From assembly GCA_964516975.1 (NCBI GenBank), contig CAZFAS010000001.1:118500-182499 (forward strand): DNA of 64,000 bases. Direction: 5' to 3'. Source of the DNA: an uncultured Candidatus Saccharibacteria bacterium. GTDB taxonomy: Bacteria; Patescibacteriota; Minisyncoccia; Phycocordibacterales; Zambryskibacteraceae. A model generated the notes under the pieces. That model was not told the origin of the DNA. It searched no databases and saw nothing but the letters and a program-made list of their open reading frames with translations. The number at the start of each line of letters is the position of its first letter. The stretch's first letter is position 1. Shown in pieces: positions 18,034-28,766 of this stretch. Position numbers and translations under genes: made by a program.

Positions 18034-19422
18034 ATGCTTAGACTCACAAACACGCTTACAAAAACTAAAGAGGACTTCTCTTCTCTTGTGCCAAATACTG
18101 TGCATATGTATAACTGCGGTCCAACAGTGTATGACTATGCGCATATTGGAAACCTTCGTGCATATATCATTGCTGATATTCTCCGAAAAACGCTTGAGGC
18201 TAATAATCTAAATGTAACTCAAGTCATCAATGTGACTGACATAGGCCACCTCTCAAGTGACAGCGACGACGGTGAGGACAAAATGACAAAGGCCTTAAAG
18301 CGAGAAGGAAAACCACTCACACTTTCAGCAATGCGTGAGATCGCAGATTTTTACTTTGAAGCATTTAAAAAAGATCTGCTTTCTCTCAATATTAAGCTTC
18401 CAGAATATTTCCCTTTTGCAAGTGATCATATTGCAGAAGATATTGCGCTCATAGAAACTCTTCATGATAAAGGATTCACCTATACAACGAGTGATGGGAT
18501 ATACTTCGATACAACAAAAGACGAGGATTACGGCAAACTTGGTGGATCCACGCAAGAAACTAACGCTGTGGAAAGAATTGAAATAAATACAGAAAAGAAA
18601 AATTCTCGTGATTTTGCTTTATGGAAATTCAATACTGAGCTCGGATACGATGCACCGTTTGGAAAAGGTTTCCCGGGCTGGCATATAGAGTGCTCAGCAA
18701 TGTCGATGAAATACCTCGGCGAAACATTTGATATTCATACAGGAGGAATCGAACATATTCCTATTCACCATAACAACGAAATTGCTCAATCAGAATCAGC
18801 AACTGGAAAACCATTTGTAAACTATTGGATTCATCATAACCATCTAACTGTTGATGGAGGAAAAATGGCAAAATCAGAAGGTACTGGTTTTACTCTTCAC
18901 GATCTTGAAGAGAAAGGGTTTTCTCCTTCTGCTTATCGATATTTCACCTTACAAGCAAGATACAGTTCCATACTAAATTTCACTTGGGAAGCTATGAGCG
19001 CTGCTCAAAATGCATACGAAAAAATTCTTACAACATACAGTGAACTTCCAGAAGGAGGTAACATTAACGAATCATATAAAATAAAATTCCTAGAATATAT
19101 AAATGATGATCTTGATACCCCAAAAGCGCTTGCGCTCATGTGGGAACTTGTAAAAGATGACTCGGTCTCAAGTTCTGATAAAAAATCTACACTCCTATAT
19201 TTTGATACAGTACTCGGTCTTAATCTAGCACATGCGAAATTACCAAACATGTTTCTCGATATCCAAGCGCTTCCACAGGATATACAAGTATTAATTACAA
19301 AAAGAGAAGAGGCAAGAAAAGAAAAGAATTGGAATGAATCTGATTTGCTCAGAGAACAACTTAGTGCACTTGGGTACACCATTCATGATGCGCCAGAGGG
19401 AGCAAAAGTTACAAAACAATAG
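18034..19422 (+). CDS. cysS: cysteine--tRNA ligase
   Basis: CGPTVY..AHIGN, PGWHIEC, DIHTGG, KMAKS. Confidence 0.97.
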   Translation: MLRLTNTLTKTKEDFSSLVPNTVHMYNCGPTVYDYAHIGNLRAYIIADILRKTLEANNLNVTQVINVTDIGHLSSDSDDGEDKMTKALKREGKPLTLSAMREIADFYFEAFKKDLLSLNIKLPEYFPFASDHIAEDIALIETLHDKGFTYTTSDGIYFDTTKDEDYGKLGGSTQETNAVERIEINTEKKNSRDFALWKFNTELGYDAPFGKGFPGWHIECSAMSMKYLGETFDIHTGGIEHIPIHHNNEIAQSESATGKPFVNYWIHHNHLTVDGGKMAKSEGTGFTLHDLEEKGFSPSAYRYFTLQARYSSILNFTWEAMSAAQNAYEKILTTYSELPEGGNINESYKIKFLEYINDDLDTPKALALMWELVKDDSVSSSDKKSTLLYFDTVLGLNLAHAKLPNMFLDIQALPQDIQVLITKREEARKEKNWNESDLLREQLSALGYTIHDAPEGAKVTKQ

Positions 19423-19480
19423 TATTGACAATGGTATTTTTTTGATTTAATGTAAATAGAGAACCAACAGGAAACTCTCT

Positions 19481-19687
19481 ATGAAAGAGAAGTGGACGAC
19501 TAACCCAGAAACAAGGAAAGAAAACGACTCGCTTATGTTTCACCAGATAAAGAACGCTATCAGTGAGATCCTCAGTAAGCAAATCCGAGGATCAAAACCT
19601 GAAGATGTGAGTGCTGCGGCTTGGATGGTACTTGCGAACCTCGCTACTGAGTTTCGCATGGTTCCAGAGGACTTTCTCGATCTTTAG
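19481..19687 (+). CDS. hypothetical protein (stand-alone unit)
   Basis: TTGACA upstream, hairpin AAATACGCCGCA/TGCGGCGTATTT downstream. Confidence 0.55.
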   Translation: MKEKWTTNPETRKENDSLMFHQIKNAISEILSKQIRGSKPEDVSAAAWMVLANLATEFRMVPEDFLDL

Positions 19688-19829
19688 GCCCCGAAATACG
19701 CCGCAATGCGGCGTATTTTTTATTTGACAAGGTATTATAATATTTCATTTTACTCTCTCCCCATCTTACACACAGCTTGTACAGAAAATTACTTTCTTTG
19801 ATTACTAACTGATATGCTAAAATTCTCAC

Positions 19830-21212
19830 ATGGCAGAAAACTTCGTACGCGACAAAGTAAGAATCCCACCACAAAATATTGAAGCGGAACAAGCACTTCT
19901 TGGTTCTATTATGCTTCGTCCCGACGCTATCTTTGAGGTCTTTGATTTCATTAATGGAAAAGCATTTTATGCAGAGCGGCACTCAATGATATTTGAGACA
20001 ATGCTCGAACTCTTTTCAAAACGAACTCCAATCGATCTTCTTTCTCTCTCATCAAGACTAAAAGAAAAAGGGATTCTCGACCAAATAGGTGGAGCAAGTT
20101 ATCTCACCGAACTCGTAAACACAGTTCCCTCTTCGACAAACATAAAACATTACGCTGAAATCATCCAGAAAAAGTTCATGATGCGCAGACTCATCGAGGC
20201 GTCAGAATACATCGCTTCACTTGGCTTCGATGAAGCAAGTGAACTCGAGGAAATACTCGACAAGGCAGAAAAGCAAGTATACGAAATTACAAACTCTGGT
20301 GGAGTGCATAAATTTGTTCACCTCAAAGACGAGCTAGCGGAAGCATGGGAAAGACTCGATACACTTCATAATTCAAAAGGTGAACTCCGTGGTATCCCAA
20401 CTGGATTTCAAGAAATTGATGGCAAGCTCGCTGGACTCCAAAAAGCAGACCTTATTATTCTGGCAGCAAGACCAAGTATGGGAAAGACTTCCCTCGCTCT
20501 TGATATCGCTCGTCAGGCATCGGTAAATCACAATATCCCTGTTGGAATATTCTCACTGGAAATGAGTTCTCAGCAACTCGTCGACCGTATGCTTGCAGCA
20601 CAGTCAAATGTGGATGCATGGAAGCTTCGCACAGGTAGACTCTCACGAGAAGAAGACTTCGCTTCGATCAGGCAATCACTCGATAAACTCTCTCAAGCAC
20701 CTATCTTTATCGATGATCAGCCAGGAAGTAACATCCTTAAAATGCGATCAGTTGCGAGAAGACTTAAGAGTGAAAAAGGTCTCGGTCTCCTTGTAGTAGA
20801 TTACCTCCAGCTCATCATCCCGACGTCTTCAAAGAATAATGACAACCTCGTGCAACAAATCACTGAAATCTCACGCTCACTCAAGAACCTTGCCCGCGAG
20901 CTCGATATACCAGTTCTAGCCCTTTCACAGCTCTCTCGTGCGGTGGAAAGCCGTGGTGGTAGGCCTCGTCTCTCTGACCTTCGTGACTCAGGATCTATCG
21001 AACAGGATGCCGATGTAGTGATGTTTATTCATCGAGAGGATAAATACAAAGATGAAAGTGAGAAAACAAATATCGCAGAAATCCTTATCGAAAAGCACCG
21101 AAATGGAGAAACTGGTAGAGTAGAGCTCTTCTTCAATGAGAAAAAAGCCACCTTCCAGTCAATTGATAAGAGTAACTATGTTGGTGCTGAAAAAGAATTA
21201 CAAGACTTCTAA
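19830..21212 (+). CDS. dnaB: replicative DNA helicase
   Basis: PPQNIEAEQA, AARPSMGKT, DYLQL, DLRDSGSIEQDAD. Confidence 0.98.
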   Translation: MAENFVRDKVRIPPQNIEAEQALLGSIMLRPDAIFEVFDFINGKAFYAERHSMIFETMLELFSKRTPIDLLSLSSRLKEKGILDQIGGASYLTELVNTVPSSTNIKHYAEIIQKKFMMRRLIEASEYIASLGFDEASELEEILDKAEKQVYEITNSGGVHKFVHLKDELAEAWERLDTLHNSKGELRGIPTGFQEIDGKLAGLQKADLIILAARPSMGKTSLALDIARQASVNHNIPVGIFSLEMSSQQLVDRMLAAQSNVDAWKLRTGRLSREEDFASIRQSLDKLSQAPIFIDDQPGSNILKMRSVARRLKSEKGLGLLVVDYLQLIIPTSSKNNDNLVQQITEISRSLKNLARELDIPVLALSQLSRAVESRGGRPRLSDLRDSGSIEQDADVVMFIHREDKYKDESEKTNIAEILIEKHRNGETGRVELFFNEKKATFQSIDKSNYVGAEKELQDF

Positions 21213-21214
21213 TA

Positions 21215-21844
21215 ATGACCCCTTTGAATACGATTCAGAAATTAGAAAAATTATTTAAAGACTTCCCTGGAATAGGTCCACGCCAAGCAAAACGATTCGT
21301 ATATTTTTTGCTTACTAGAAATGAGGAATTCACTTCTGAGTTTGTTCGTCTTATCTCTGAGCTCAAACATGAAGCAACAGTCTGTTCATCGTGCTTTCGA
21401 TATTTTTCAAAATCGAATCCTCTATCAAATCAGACACTCTGCAGTACCTGCTCAGATACTGAGCGTGACGCCACCCTTCTTATGATCGTTAGCCGTGATG
21501 TAGATTATGAAAATATTGAACGAACCTCCGCATATAAGGGAAAGTATTTTATACTTGGTGGCGTTGTACCAATCCTAGAACAAGAACCAGAAAAAAGAAT
21601 CAAAATAACAAAACTTATAGAAAGAATTAATAATGATTCAAGCACTATTCAAGAGATAATCCTAGCTCTCAATGCAAATCCAGAAGGAGAAAATACTGCC
21701 GATTATATTCGAGAAAAAATTAGCGATCTTGCATCCTCACATAACATAAAAATCTCTACCCTCGGAAGAGGGCTCGCAACTGGAAATGAGCTTGAGTACA
21801 CTGACTCAGAAACACTAAGAAGCGCTTTTAAAAACAGGCAATAA
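21215..21844 (+). CDS. recR: recombination mediator RecR
   Basis: PGIGPRQAKR HhH, C4 zinc finger, Toprim NANPEGENT. Confidence 0.93.
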   Translation: MTPLNTIQKLEKLFKDFPGIGPRQAKRFVYFLLTRNEEFTSEFVRLISELKHEATVCSSCFRYFSKSNPLSNQTLCSTCSDTERDATLLMIVSRDVDYENIERTSAYKGKYFILGGVVPILEQEPEKRIKITKLIERINNDSSTIQEIILALNANPEGENTADYIREKISDLASSHNIKISTLGRGLATGNELEYTDSETLRSAFKNRQ

Positions 21845-21880
21845 TACAAAAACCACCCGAGAGGGTGGTTTTTGTATTAT
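21841..21880. terminator. bidirectional terminator
   Basis: perfect 18-bp inverted repeat with GAGA loop between recR and rplU. Confidence 0.8.
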
Positions 21881-22260
21881 TTGATTGAATCAATTGTAAC
21901 TTCAAAGTATGGCTGTCGGTGACCGTTTTTCTTGTAGTAGCGACTCTTCTGCTTATACTTCATCACAATTACCTTTTGTGCTCTGCCAATCTTCTTTAAA
22001 GTACCTTTTACTTCAGCTCCTGAAACTTCTGGCTCACCAATAGTAGTTTTTGTTCCATCATCGACGAGGAGAACCTTGTCGAAAGTGATAGTGTCACCCT
22101 CAACAAAACCCCCGAGGATCTTTTCGATTTTGACATTATCTCCAACTGCTACTTTATACTGCTTTCCTCCTGTAGCAATAACCGCAAAGGCATTACTTAC
22201 CTCTGCTTTTGGGGCCTTTTTAGCCACCTTTGGTTTAGTTGTTTTTGCTTTTACTGCCAT
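21877..22260 (-). CDS. rplU: 50S ribosomal protein L21
   Basis: AVIATGGKQYKV, GHRQPY; Lys/Ala-rich N-terminal extension; start moved to 22260. Confidence 0.96.
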   Translation of the reverse strand: MAVKAKTTKPKVAKKAPKAEVSNAFAVIATGGKQYKVAVGDNVKIEKILGGFVEGDTITFDKVLLVDDGTKTTIGEPEVSGAEVKGTLKKIGRAQKVIVMKYKQKSRYYKKNGHRQPYFEVTIDSIK

Positions 22261-22600
22261 AGATATAGTGGGTACCATTCTATACAAATCTCGAAAAAAG
22301 ACAAGGCCCCCGGTGAATTGGGGGCCTTTTGGAGCATCCTAGGGGAAGGATTGGCATTTAGATGCAAACCTGCTTCACTTCCCTCTAGGAGAACAGAGAT
22401 CACCTCCCTTATGTGCCAGTAGGTCTCTTGGTGCCTTCAGTTCTGAAATGCGAGGGAGGAGAGTTATTGGGTCTCATAGATCTCCGTACGATGGGGGGTG
22501 GATGAATACCGCGCGAGGACCAGCTCTTTATTTCTTTACGTACATAGCTCCTCCTTTGGTGAACGGTCTTTTTTCAGTATAACAAAAAATATCTTGTATG

Positions 22601-23677
22601 CTACTCATCACTTGGCTTCACGAGCTCAAGTGTTTCTATCTCAATCGATGTGCCACTAATCCGCATCACATCTTTATCTATTTTTCCAAGTTCCTTGCGT
22701 GAAGTATTGAAGTGACTCACAGCAGTGCCAAGAGAATTACCGAGTTTTGAATGATATTCCTCAAAACTTTTTATATGTTTTCCAAGATCATTTACTCGCT
22801 TGATAATATCCTGCGCTGTCTCCTCGATCTGAAGCGCCTTGAGTCCCTGCAGTACAGTCTGAAGGTACGCAAGGAATGATGTGGGTGAAACGATGATGAC
22901 ATGCCTCTCTTTAAATGCATACTCTATAAGATCACGAGTATTTACTTTTACAGAACCGACCTGTGCTACGAGTAGGTCATAATAGATTGCCTCGTGGGGG
23001 ATAAACATGAAAGCGAAATCCATCGTCCCCTCCTCAGGTTTTACATATTTTGCTGTTTCATCAATACGATTTTTTAAATCTAGTCTAAATGCTTTTTCAA
23101 ATTTCTCTTTTTCTATAGGGTCTTTTTCTTCCACAAGACGATTATAATTCTCAAGAGAAAACTTCGAGTCAATCGGGATAATCTTTTCTTTTACAAATAC
23201 GACTGCATCAACAATCGTTCCATCAGTAAATGGATACTGCATTTGGAAACTCCCCGGTGGTAATACATTTTTTAAAAGTGTCTCAAGATAATACTCACCA
23301 AGTATTCCTCTTTGCTTTGGATTCTTGAGTACATCTTGAAGAGATTGGAGTTGATCAGCGAAAGAGACAACTTGTTTATTCGTTTCATCAAGACGGGTGA
23401 GTTTTTCGGTTATCTCACGAATTACCTTTATCGACTCGCCTGATTGATACTTGAGAGAATCATTCAGTTGTCTTGAGGAATCAATGAGTTTTTGATCTAT
23501 TGTGGTCGTAAGATTACTCAAATTTCGTGACAAATCATTGAACTGATTTTGGATCAAAAGGAGACCACTATTGTCAGCAGTACTCCCCTTCCCACGCCTT
23601 GAAATCTGCCACAATATAACTGCGTTTAACACGAGAATAACAAAAACAAATACGTAGAATGTTGTATTTCCTGTCAT
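22601..23677 (-). CDS. rmuC: DNA recombination protein RmuC
   Basis: NPKQRGILGE, IDSKF, FAFMFIPHE, SPTSFLAYL. Confidence 0.93.
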   Translation of the reverse strand: MTGNTTFYVFVFVILVLNAVILWQISRRGKGSTADNSGLLLIQNQFNDLSRNLSNLTTTIDQKLIDSSRQLNDSLKYQSGESIKVIREITEKLTRLDETNKQVVSFADQLQSLQDVLKNPKQRGILGEYYLETLLKNVLPPGSFQMQYPFTDGTIVDAVVFVKEKIIPIDSKFSLENYNRLVEEKDPIEKEKFEKAFRLDLKNRIDETAKYVKPEEGTMDFAFMFIPHEAIYYDLLVAQVGSVKVNTRDLIEYAFKERHVIIVSPTSFLAYLQTVLQGLKALQIEETAQDIIKRVNDLGKHIKSFEEYHSKLGNSLGTAVSHFNTSRKELGKIDKDVMRISGTSIEIETLELVKPSDE

Positions 23678-23789
23678 ATGAAACCATTATAACACTCAAA
23701 AAATATTTGCATCTTACTAATTATGTATATTTTGTTACACACAAGACGCTCTGATATAATTCATCCTCTAAACTTTTTATCTATACATT

Positions 23790-24044
23790 ATGCAGTACGT
23801 CTATGTGTTGCAAAGTAAGAAAGATAAGGATTTGTATATTGGTTGTACCACCGACTTAAAAAAGAGATTTGCCCTGCATAATGCGAAAAAAATTACCTCT
23901 ACTAAAAATTGAACACCACTTGTGCTAATATACTACGAAGCCTATCTTGATAAGAGGGACGCGTACCAAAGGGAGATATATATGAAGACACAGTGGGGCA
24001 GAAAACATATACGCAAAGTACTGGGTAATTTTTTTAATAGATAA
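23790..24044 (+). pseudogene. GIY-YIG nuclease with in-frame TGA at codon 41
   Basis: MQYVYVLQS...LYIGCTTDLKKRF..HN...STKN*TPLVLIYYEAY...A..RE...K. Confidence 0.8.
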
Positions 24045-24062
24045 AAAGTTTTTAGGATACAT

Positions 24063-24518
24063 ATGTCATTACATGAGCAAATAAAAAATGAAGTAAAGCA
24101 AGCCATGTTTGCGAAGGATAGTGTTCGATTAAATACCGTACGAGGACTTATTGCCGCCTTTATGAATGAAGCGGTATCAAAGAAAAAGAAACCAGATACA
24201 GAACTTACTGATGAAGAAGCGCTCGAGGTCATCCGTCGAAGTGTAAAGCAAAGAAAAGACTCTATCGACCAATTCAAAAAAGGTGGCCGTGAAGACCTCG
24301 CAGTGAGTGAAGAGGCTGAGCTTGCAATACTTTCTGCATATCTGCCAGCATCAATGAGTAAAGAGGAAATCGTGAAAGTCGCTGAGGCAAAGAAAAGTGA
24401 ACTCGGTATTACCGACAAATCAAAAATGGGGATGCTCATGGGCATGATCATGAAAGACCTCAAGGGCAAAGCTGAGGGTGACCTAGTCAAGGAAGTTGTG
24501 GAGTCTCTCTTTAATTAA
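24063..24518 (+). CDS. GatB/YqeY domain protein
   Basis: KQRKDSIDQF..GGREDL...E..E...L..YLP, KGKAEG. Confidence 0.92.
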   Translation: MSLHEQIKNEVKQAMFAKDSVRLNTVRGLIAAFMNEAVSKKKKPDTELTDEEALEVIRRSVKQRKDSIDQFKKGGREDLAVSEEAELAILSAYLPASMSKEEIVKVAEAKKSELGITDKSKMGMLMGMIMKDLKGKAEGDLVKEVVESLFN

Positions 24519-24629
24519 CTACTATCTATTTTTACTCTATAGCTCATATACTTATCCACAGTATATTGACTTTTTCTATTTATTGTGATAGTATATAACT
24601 CAGATTGAACCCTTACAAGTGGAGGTAGT

Positions 24630-24971
24630 ATGTCTCTTCCAAGTGACATCCGCGCCTACATGGATGAGGCGTTCAAGGTGTCAAAAAAGGAGAAACTCAG
24701 ACTCTGGTCGGCAATCTTCCGAGTTCTCGATCTTCATGGTGTAAGAGACCATGGAGAACGAATGTCAGTAATCAACCAAATCCGAACAGAGCTGGAAAAT
24801 CGTAAAAAAAAGAAGTCCGCACCTCGGACTGCAAAACCTGTCGAACCGCGAGTTCGACAGGAACCACACCCCCACCCTTCACCACGCGAGCGCACTGATT
24901 GGCTCGCGCAGGTCGAGGAGAGGCACGATGAAATCAGTGCTTCTCTTGAAAACAAAGGGCCCGCTACCTAG
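24630..24971 (+). CDS. hypothetical protein (stand-alone unit)
   Basis: TTGACT promoter-like site, GGAGG RBS, terminator AAAGGGCCCGCTA/TAGCGGGCCCTTT. Confidence 0.65.
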   Translation: MSLPSDIRAYMDEAFKVSKKEKLRLWSAIFRVLDLHGVRDHGERMSVINQIRTELENRKKKKSAPRTAKPVEPRVRQEPHPHPSPRERTDWLAQVEERHDEISASLENKGPAT

Positions 24972-24982
24972 CGGGCCCTTTT

Positions 24983-27709
24983 CTATTTCTGATACTTTTT
25001 CATTATCTCACCCTCTATTTCGTACCTATCCCTTCCGAACTCCTGATATGAAAGTCGCTTGATCGTCTCAACATCCACATCAGTCTTCGGCGGTGGTGGC
25101 ATTGCCTTCATATTAAACGGCTTTACCGGTTTTCCATTGGCAAGCATTTTTACAAACGCATTGTAATTATCGATGTTTATTATTTCTGAAACAGAAAATA
25201 CAGGCTCAAACTGTTTTACAAGATATTCTGCATCATCAACCCCTACTCGATATGAAATTATAGTACCCACATTTCCAAACACGGCATTCTTGATATTCTC
25301 ATCGAGCTGTCCGATGAACTGATGTGCGATATAGAGAGATAAACGATATTTTCTCGCCTCCGAAAGGATCGTTGCAATAGATGGAGTGGTAATATTCTGA
25401 AACTCATCTATATAGAGATAAAATGGGGGGAAATCTTTTCCGAGCATATCCACTCGTGAAAGTGACGCCATAAGTATCTTTCCAACCAAGATAAGACCGA
25501 TGAGGTTTGCATTGATGTCTCCGAGTCTTCCCTTCGAAAGATTCACGAGGAGGATTTTCTTATTATCCATAATATCGCGGAAGTTAAACGAAGATTTCTC
25601 CTGCGCGATAATCGGACGCATGATCTCATTTGCGAGGAATACATCGAACTTACTTGTGATATATGGCACGATATTTGCAAGAGCTCCTTCCCCGCCAGCT
25701 TTTTCTGCAACTTCATTCCAAAATTGTACGACGATCGGATTTCGACATCGCGATAATTTGAGCTGTCTAAATTCTTTATTTGCGAGCACACGAGAAACAT
25801 CGAGGAGCGTTGAACCCGACTCAGGGTCCTCGATCACGAGCATCGTCGCGTTTCTAAAATACTGTTCGAACATTGGCCCCATTGATTCTGGTACTGCTCC
25901 ATACAGTTTTTGGAAAATACTAAAAAGCTCATTCACTACAAAAGTTTTTTGCTCCGGAAAACGATAATCATACTCGAGCATATTGAGTGCCATCGGCCTA
26001 TCAATAAATGCTGGATCAAAATAGATAACATCTTTCATTCGCTCTGGTGGGACATGTGCTAATACATCCTGAACATCCGATCCATGCGGATCGATCATAC
26101 ATACACCATTACCACGTTCGATGTCCTGAATAATCATATTCTTAAGGAGTGTGGTCTTACCAGTACCTGTTTGTCCGATCGTGTATACATGGCGAAGTCT
26201 ATCTTCATCAGTCAAATACACCTTTGTATCTTGGCCGCGATATGAGTTCACTCCGATAAGGGTTCCAAGCTCAGGAAGCTCATGCGGTGCTGGGGCATAC
26301 CCACTCTTTGCTACCTTGAGCTGACTTGCTCCCTTGAGGGCACTTGTGTGGAAGTGGATAAGAGTAGTGAGTTCTTTAATATTGAGTGGGATAAAATCTG
26401 CCCAATCAAAAGCTCGAAATGCAAATGATCTTATAAACTTCTTCAGCTTTCCACCATTACTGATTCGTGAAAATCGAATACCATTACCCTGCGTCTCATC
26501 GAACTGATTAAAACTCGATTCAAGATCAGCTAAAATACTTTCCGCTCGGTTCTTATCACCGGCAGAAACTACGATCCGAATATTGATAGCACAAATAGGA
26601 CTGCTTAATTTTTTCTGAATTTTTTCTATTGCCTGAGTATCGACTTTCTTCTCTTCTTTTTTTTCATCTTTCTTAGTAGCGCCAAATATAGATTTAAATG
26701 TCTTACCGAGCTCTGTCACAAAAGAATTTTCAGCAGTTGCTTCCTTAGCAGACATGCCTTTTTCTATCTTTTTTATTGCTGATTCATATTTCTGCTTGTA
26801 CGTATCACCCACAGGTCCCATCATCACCTGAAGACATGCTCCCTCACCTTCCTTTTGAATCTTCGAAAAACTATTGAGGATTACATTGAGCGGATCATGA
26901 TCAAAAGACTCATATGTACGCATTTGAAATGCTGGATTTCCGTTCGAATACCCTACTGAACCAAGTGACACGCCTTCTTGGTTGAAGATATTATGATCAT
27001 CATTTTTCTCTGTAACTCGCGCATCATGAAAAATAGATAGGATTTGTTTTTCAAATAAATCCTTTCGTTCATCTGGTACCGCAACATAAAAAATAAACTC
27101 ATCACTACCATTACTATTTGCGATTTCAAGAGTAATATAATCTCGTTTATTATATTCATCACCAGAAATGGATGTCATACCGGCATAAAACTGCTCCATA
27201 CCAGAGATAAGCTCTTTTAACCCTCTTTGCTGTTCATCAGATCCTTGCGGAAGTACTACTTCATAAAGTGTCATGCGAAGTGCTCGTGAAAGTGGAGCTC
27301 TTGTGGGTAATCCTTTAACTTCAAAACCTTTTTTTACATACTGCACGAGAAATCGATGGAAATCATCTTCGACATGAACATCGCCAAGCTTTTCGATAAT
27401 AGCTAAAGTATTCTTTATCCCCTTTTGATTGAGCAAAATTAAAAGTTCATCCATTTTCTTGTCATGTGGTTCAGGAGAAAGATTGAGCGCAAGCGCATGG
27501 ATTGTGTCTTGTGTAAGCGCATGATGAGCATGCAAGATAGTATGAGGCTGTAAATTGTATTCTTTAAGTTTCTCTCCGATAACCTTATCCCGCGAAACTT
27601 CGTTTCCTGATTCACGGAGGAAACGTTCCTGTTTCAATACTTCATTTTTAATATGAGAAATTTCCTCTTCTTTTGTCCGAAGTGATTCCAATCTTGTTTC
27701 TGGTTCCAT
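24983..27709 (-). CDS. VirD4/TraG/HerA-like P-loop ATPase
   Basis: RHVYTIGQTGTGKT, IDPHG, LYIDEFQN, SEARKY..L..AHQ. Confidence 0.88.
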   Translation of the reverse strand: MEPETRLESLRTKEEEISHIKNEVLKQERFLRESGNEVSRDKVIGEKLKEYNLQPHTILHAHHALTQDTIHALALNLSPEPHDKKMDELLILLNQKGIKNTLAIIEKLGDVHVEDDFHRFLVQYVKKGFEVKGLPTRAPLSRALRMTLYEVVLPQGSDEQQRGLKELISGMEQFYAGMTSISGDEYNKRDYITLEIANSNGSDEFIFYVAVPDERKDLFEKQILSIFHDARVTEKNDDHNIFNQEGVSLGSVGYSNGNPAFQMRTYESFDHDPLNVILNSFSKIQKEGEGACLQVMMGPVGDTYKQKYESAIKKIEKGMSAKEATAENSFVTELGKTFKSIFGATKKDEKKEEKKVDTQAIEKIQKKLSSPICAINIRIVVSAGDKNRAESILADLESSFNQFDETQGNGIRFSRISNGGKLKKFIRSFAFRAFDWADFIPLNIKELTTLIHFHTSALKGASQLKVAKSGYAPAPHELPELGTLIGVNSYRGQDTKVYLTDEDRLRHVYTIGQTGTGKTTLLKNMIIQDIERGNGVCMIDPHGSDVQDVLAHVPPERMKDVIYFDPAFIDRPMALNMLEYDYRFPEQKTFVVNELFSIFQKLYGAVPESMGPMFEQYFRNATMLVIEDPESGSTLLDVSRVLANKEFRQLKLSRCRNPIVVQFWNEVAEKAGGEGALANIVPYITSKFDVFLANEIMRPIIAQEKSSFNFRDIMDNKKILLVNLSKGRLGDINANLIGLILVGKILMASLSRVDMLGKDFPPFYLYIDEFQNITTPSIATILSEARKYRLSLYIAHQFIGQLDENIKNAVFGNVGTIISYRVGVDDAEYLVKQFEPVFSVSEIINIDNYNAFVKMLANGKPVKPFNMKAMPPPPKTDVDVETIKRLSYQEFGRDRYEIEGEIMKKYQK

Positions 27710-27782
27710 ATAGGAAAATTATACCACCTTAACCTAGATATATCTGTGCAAAAAAACACCCCCGACAAGTCGGGGGTGTTTT

Positions 27783-27968
27783 TTAACTTTGGTTTTCCTT
27801 ATAACTTTGTACCTCATCAGTAAGCTCTTCAATTGTCGCGAATTCTCGCAATTCACCACTCGGTGTCACCCATCGAAATGGTTTCATTTCTCCCTCAAAT
27901 TTATTCTGTGTATCCTCTGGATTAAAACCGCTTTGTGAAGACTCTGCTGTTTCAAGATTTTCACTCAT
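27783..27968 (-). CDS. small acidic hypothetical protein
   Basis: 61-aa ORF followed by hairpin ACCCCCGAC/GTCGGGGGT. Confidence 0.55.
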   Translation of the reverse strand: MSENLETAESSQSGFNPEDTQNKFEGEMKPFRWVTPSGELREFATIEELTDEVQSYKENQS

Positions 27969-28068
27969 ATAATAAATATTGACTTAACTATACTAATGTG
28001 TTAAATTGTAGCGCAGAAAATACCTCAGAGTCAAGCTCATTTATACACTTATCGAAGAGGATACCTCT

Positions 28069-28671
28069 ATGCCCGCAGATTTGAATGCGGGCATGATGCC
28101 CGACTTCATACTACCCAACACATTGCGTGAACTACGCGCAATGATCCCCGAAGATCGCTACCTCTCAATCGTTGAAGATGACCTCTCAGATGAATATTTG
28201 AGAGTAAAACTCAAGGAGCTCGAGTGGCTAGCCGAAGTTAGCAGTGATCCAATTCTGCTAACTATTCACTCTGAAGGTGGTCATCTCGGAAGAGCCAGGG
28301 ATATTTCAAGGTTCCTCAGAACAACAGAAGTACCAGTGATCGGTGTCGCAGCACGACATTGCTACTCAAGTGCCTTACTCATCCTACTTGGGTGCAAGTA
28401 CAGAGTAGCGAGCAGTAGTGCGACATTCCTCGTCCACAATCCTGTTGTGAGATTTGCTTTCGAAATCAATGGAAGTGTTACGAGAGCAAAGCTTCACACC
28501 CTTGTTGACTCTGCGTTTGATCATTTCGAGTCGGAGCAACGGGTAGTTCGTGATCTTGTCTCATCATGCTCGTTTCTTGAGCAAGATAAGGTGTTTGAAA
28601 TCATGAACAAAGGAGAAATACTTAGCGCTCAAACTGCATTTGAGTATGGCTTCCTCGATAAGGTGTACTAG
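28069..28671 (+). CDS. ClpP/crotonase-like protease, divergent
   Basis: IHSEGG, CYSSA, FLVHNP, LSAQTAFEYGFLDKV. Confidence 0.75.
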   Translation: MPADLNAGMMPDFILPNTLRELRAMIPEDRYLSIVEDDLSDEYLRVKLKELEWLAEVSSDPILLTIHSEGGHLGRARDISRFLRTTEVPVIGVAARHCYSSALLILLGCKYRVASSSATFLVHNPVVRFAFEINGSVTRAKLHTLVDSAFDHFESEQRVVRDLVSSCSFLEQDKVFEIMNKGEILSAQTAFEYGFLDKVY

Positions 28672-28766
28672 CACGCGCCGTCCTGCACAGCAGGACGGCG
28701 TTTTTTTATTTGACAAAACAAAATTTGATGATATAATTGCTTCAAACGTTCATTCAAGGAGGTAGT

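Noticed and set aside
899-21880. Shared AAAACCACCC/GGGTGGTTTT hairpin at 899, 15192 and 21849 as a mobile repeat
   Set aside because: All three lie between convergent genes and are adequately explained as bidirectional terminators
23910-23912. TGA recoding (genetic code 25)
   Set aside because: TGA terminates normal genes such as priA and the site-2 protease, and long core genes have no internal TGA
24552-24560. DnaA box TTATCCACA as replication origin
   Set aside because: Isolated boxes only (also 1916-1924); no cluster, and no dnaA/dnaN nearby
24983-27709. Conjugative element around the VirD4-like ATPase
   Set aside because: No relaxase, VirB4 or other T4SS genes nearby; stand-alone ATPases of this type are common in CPR chromosomes
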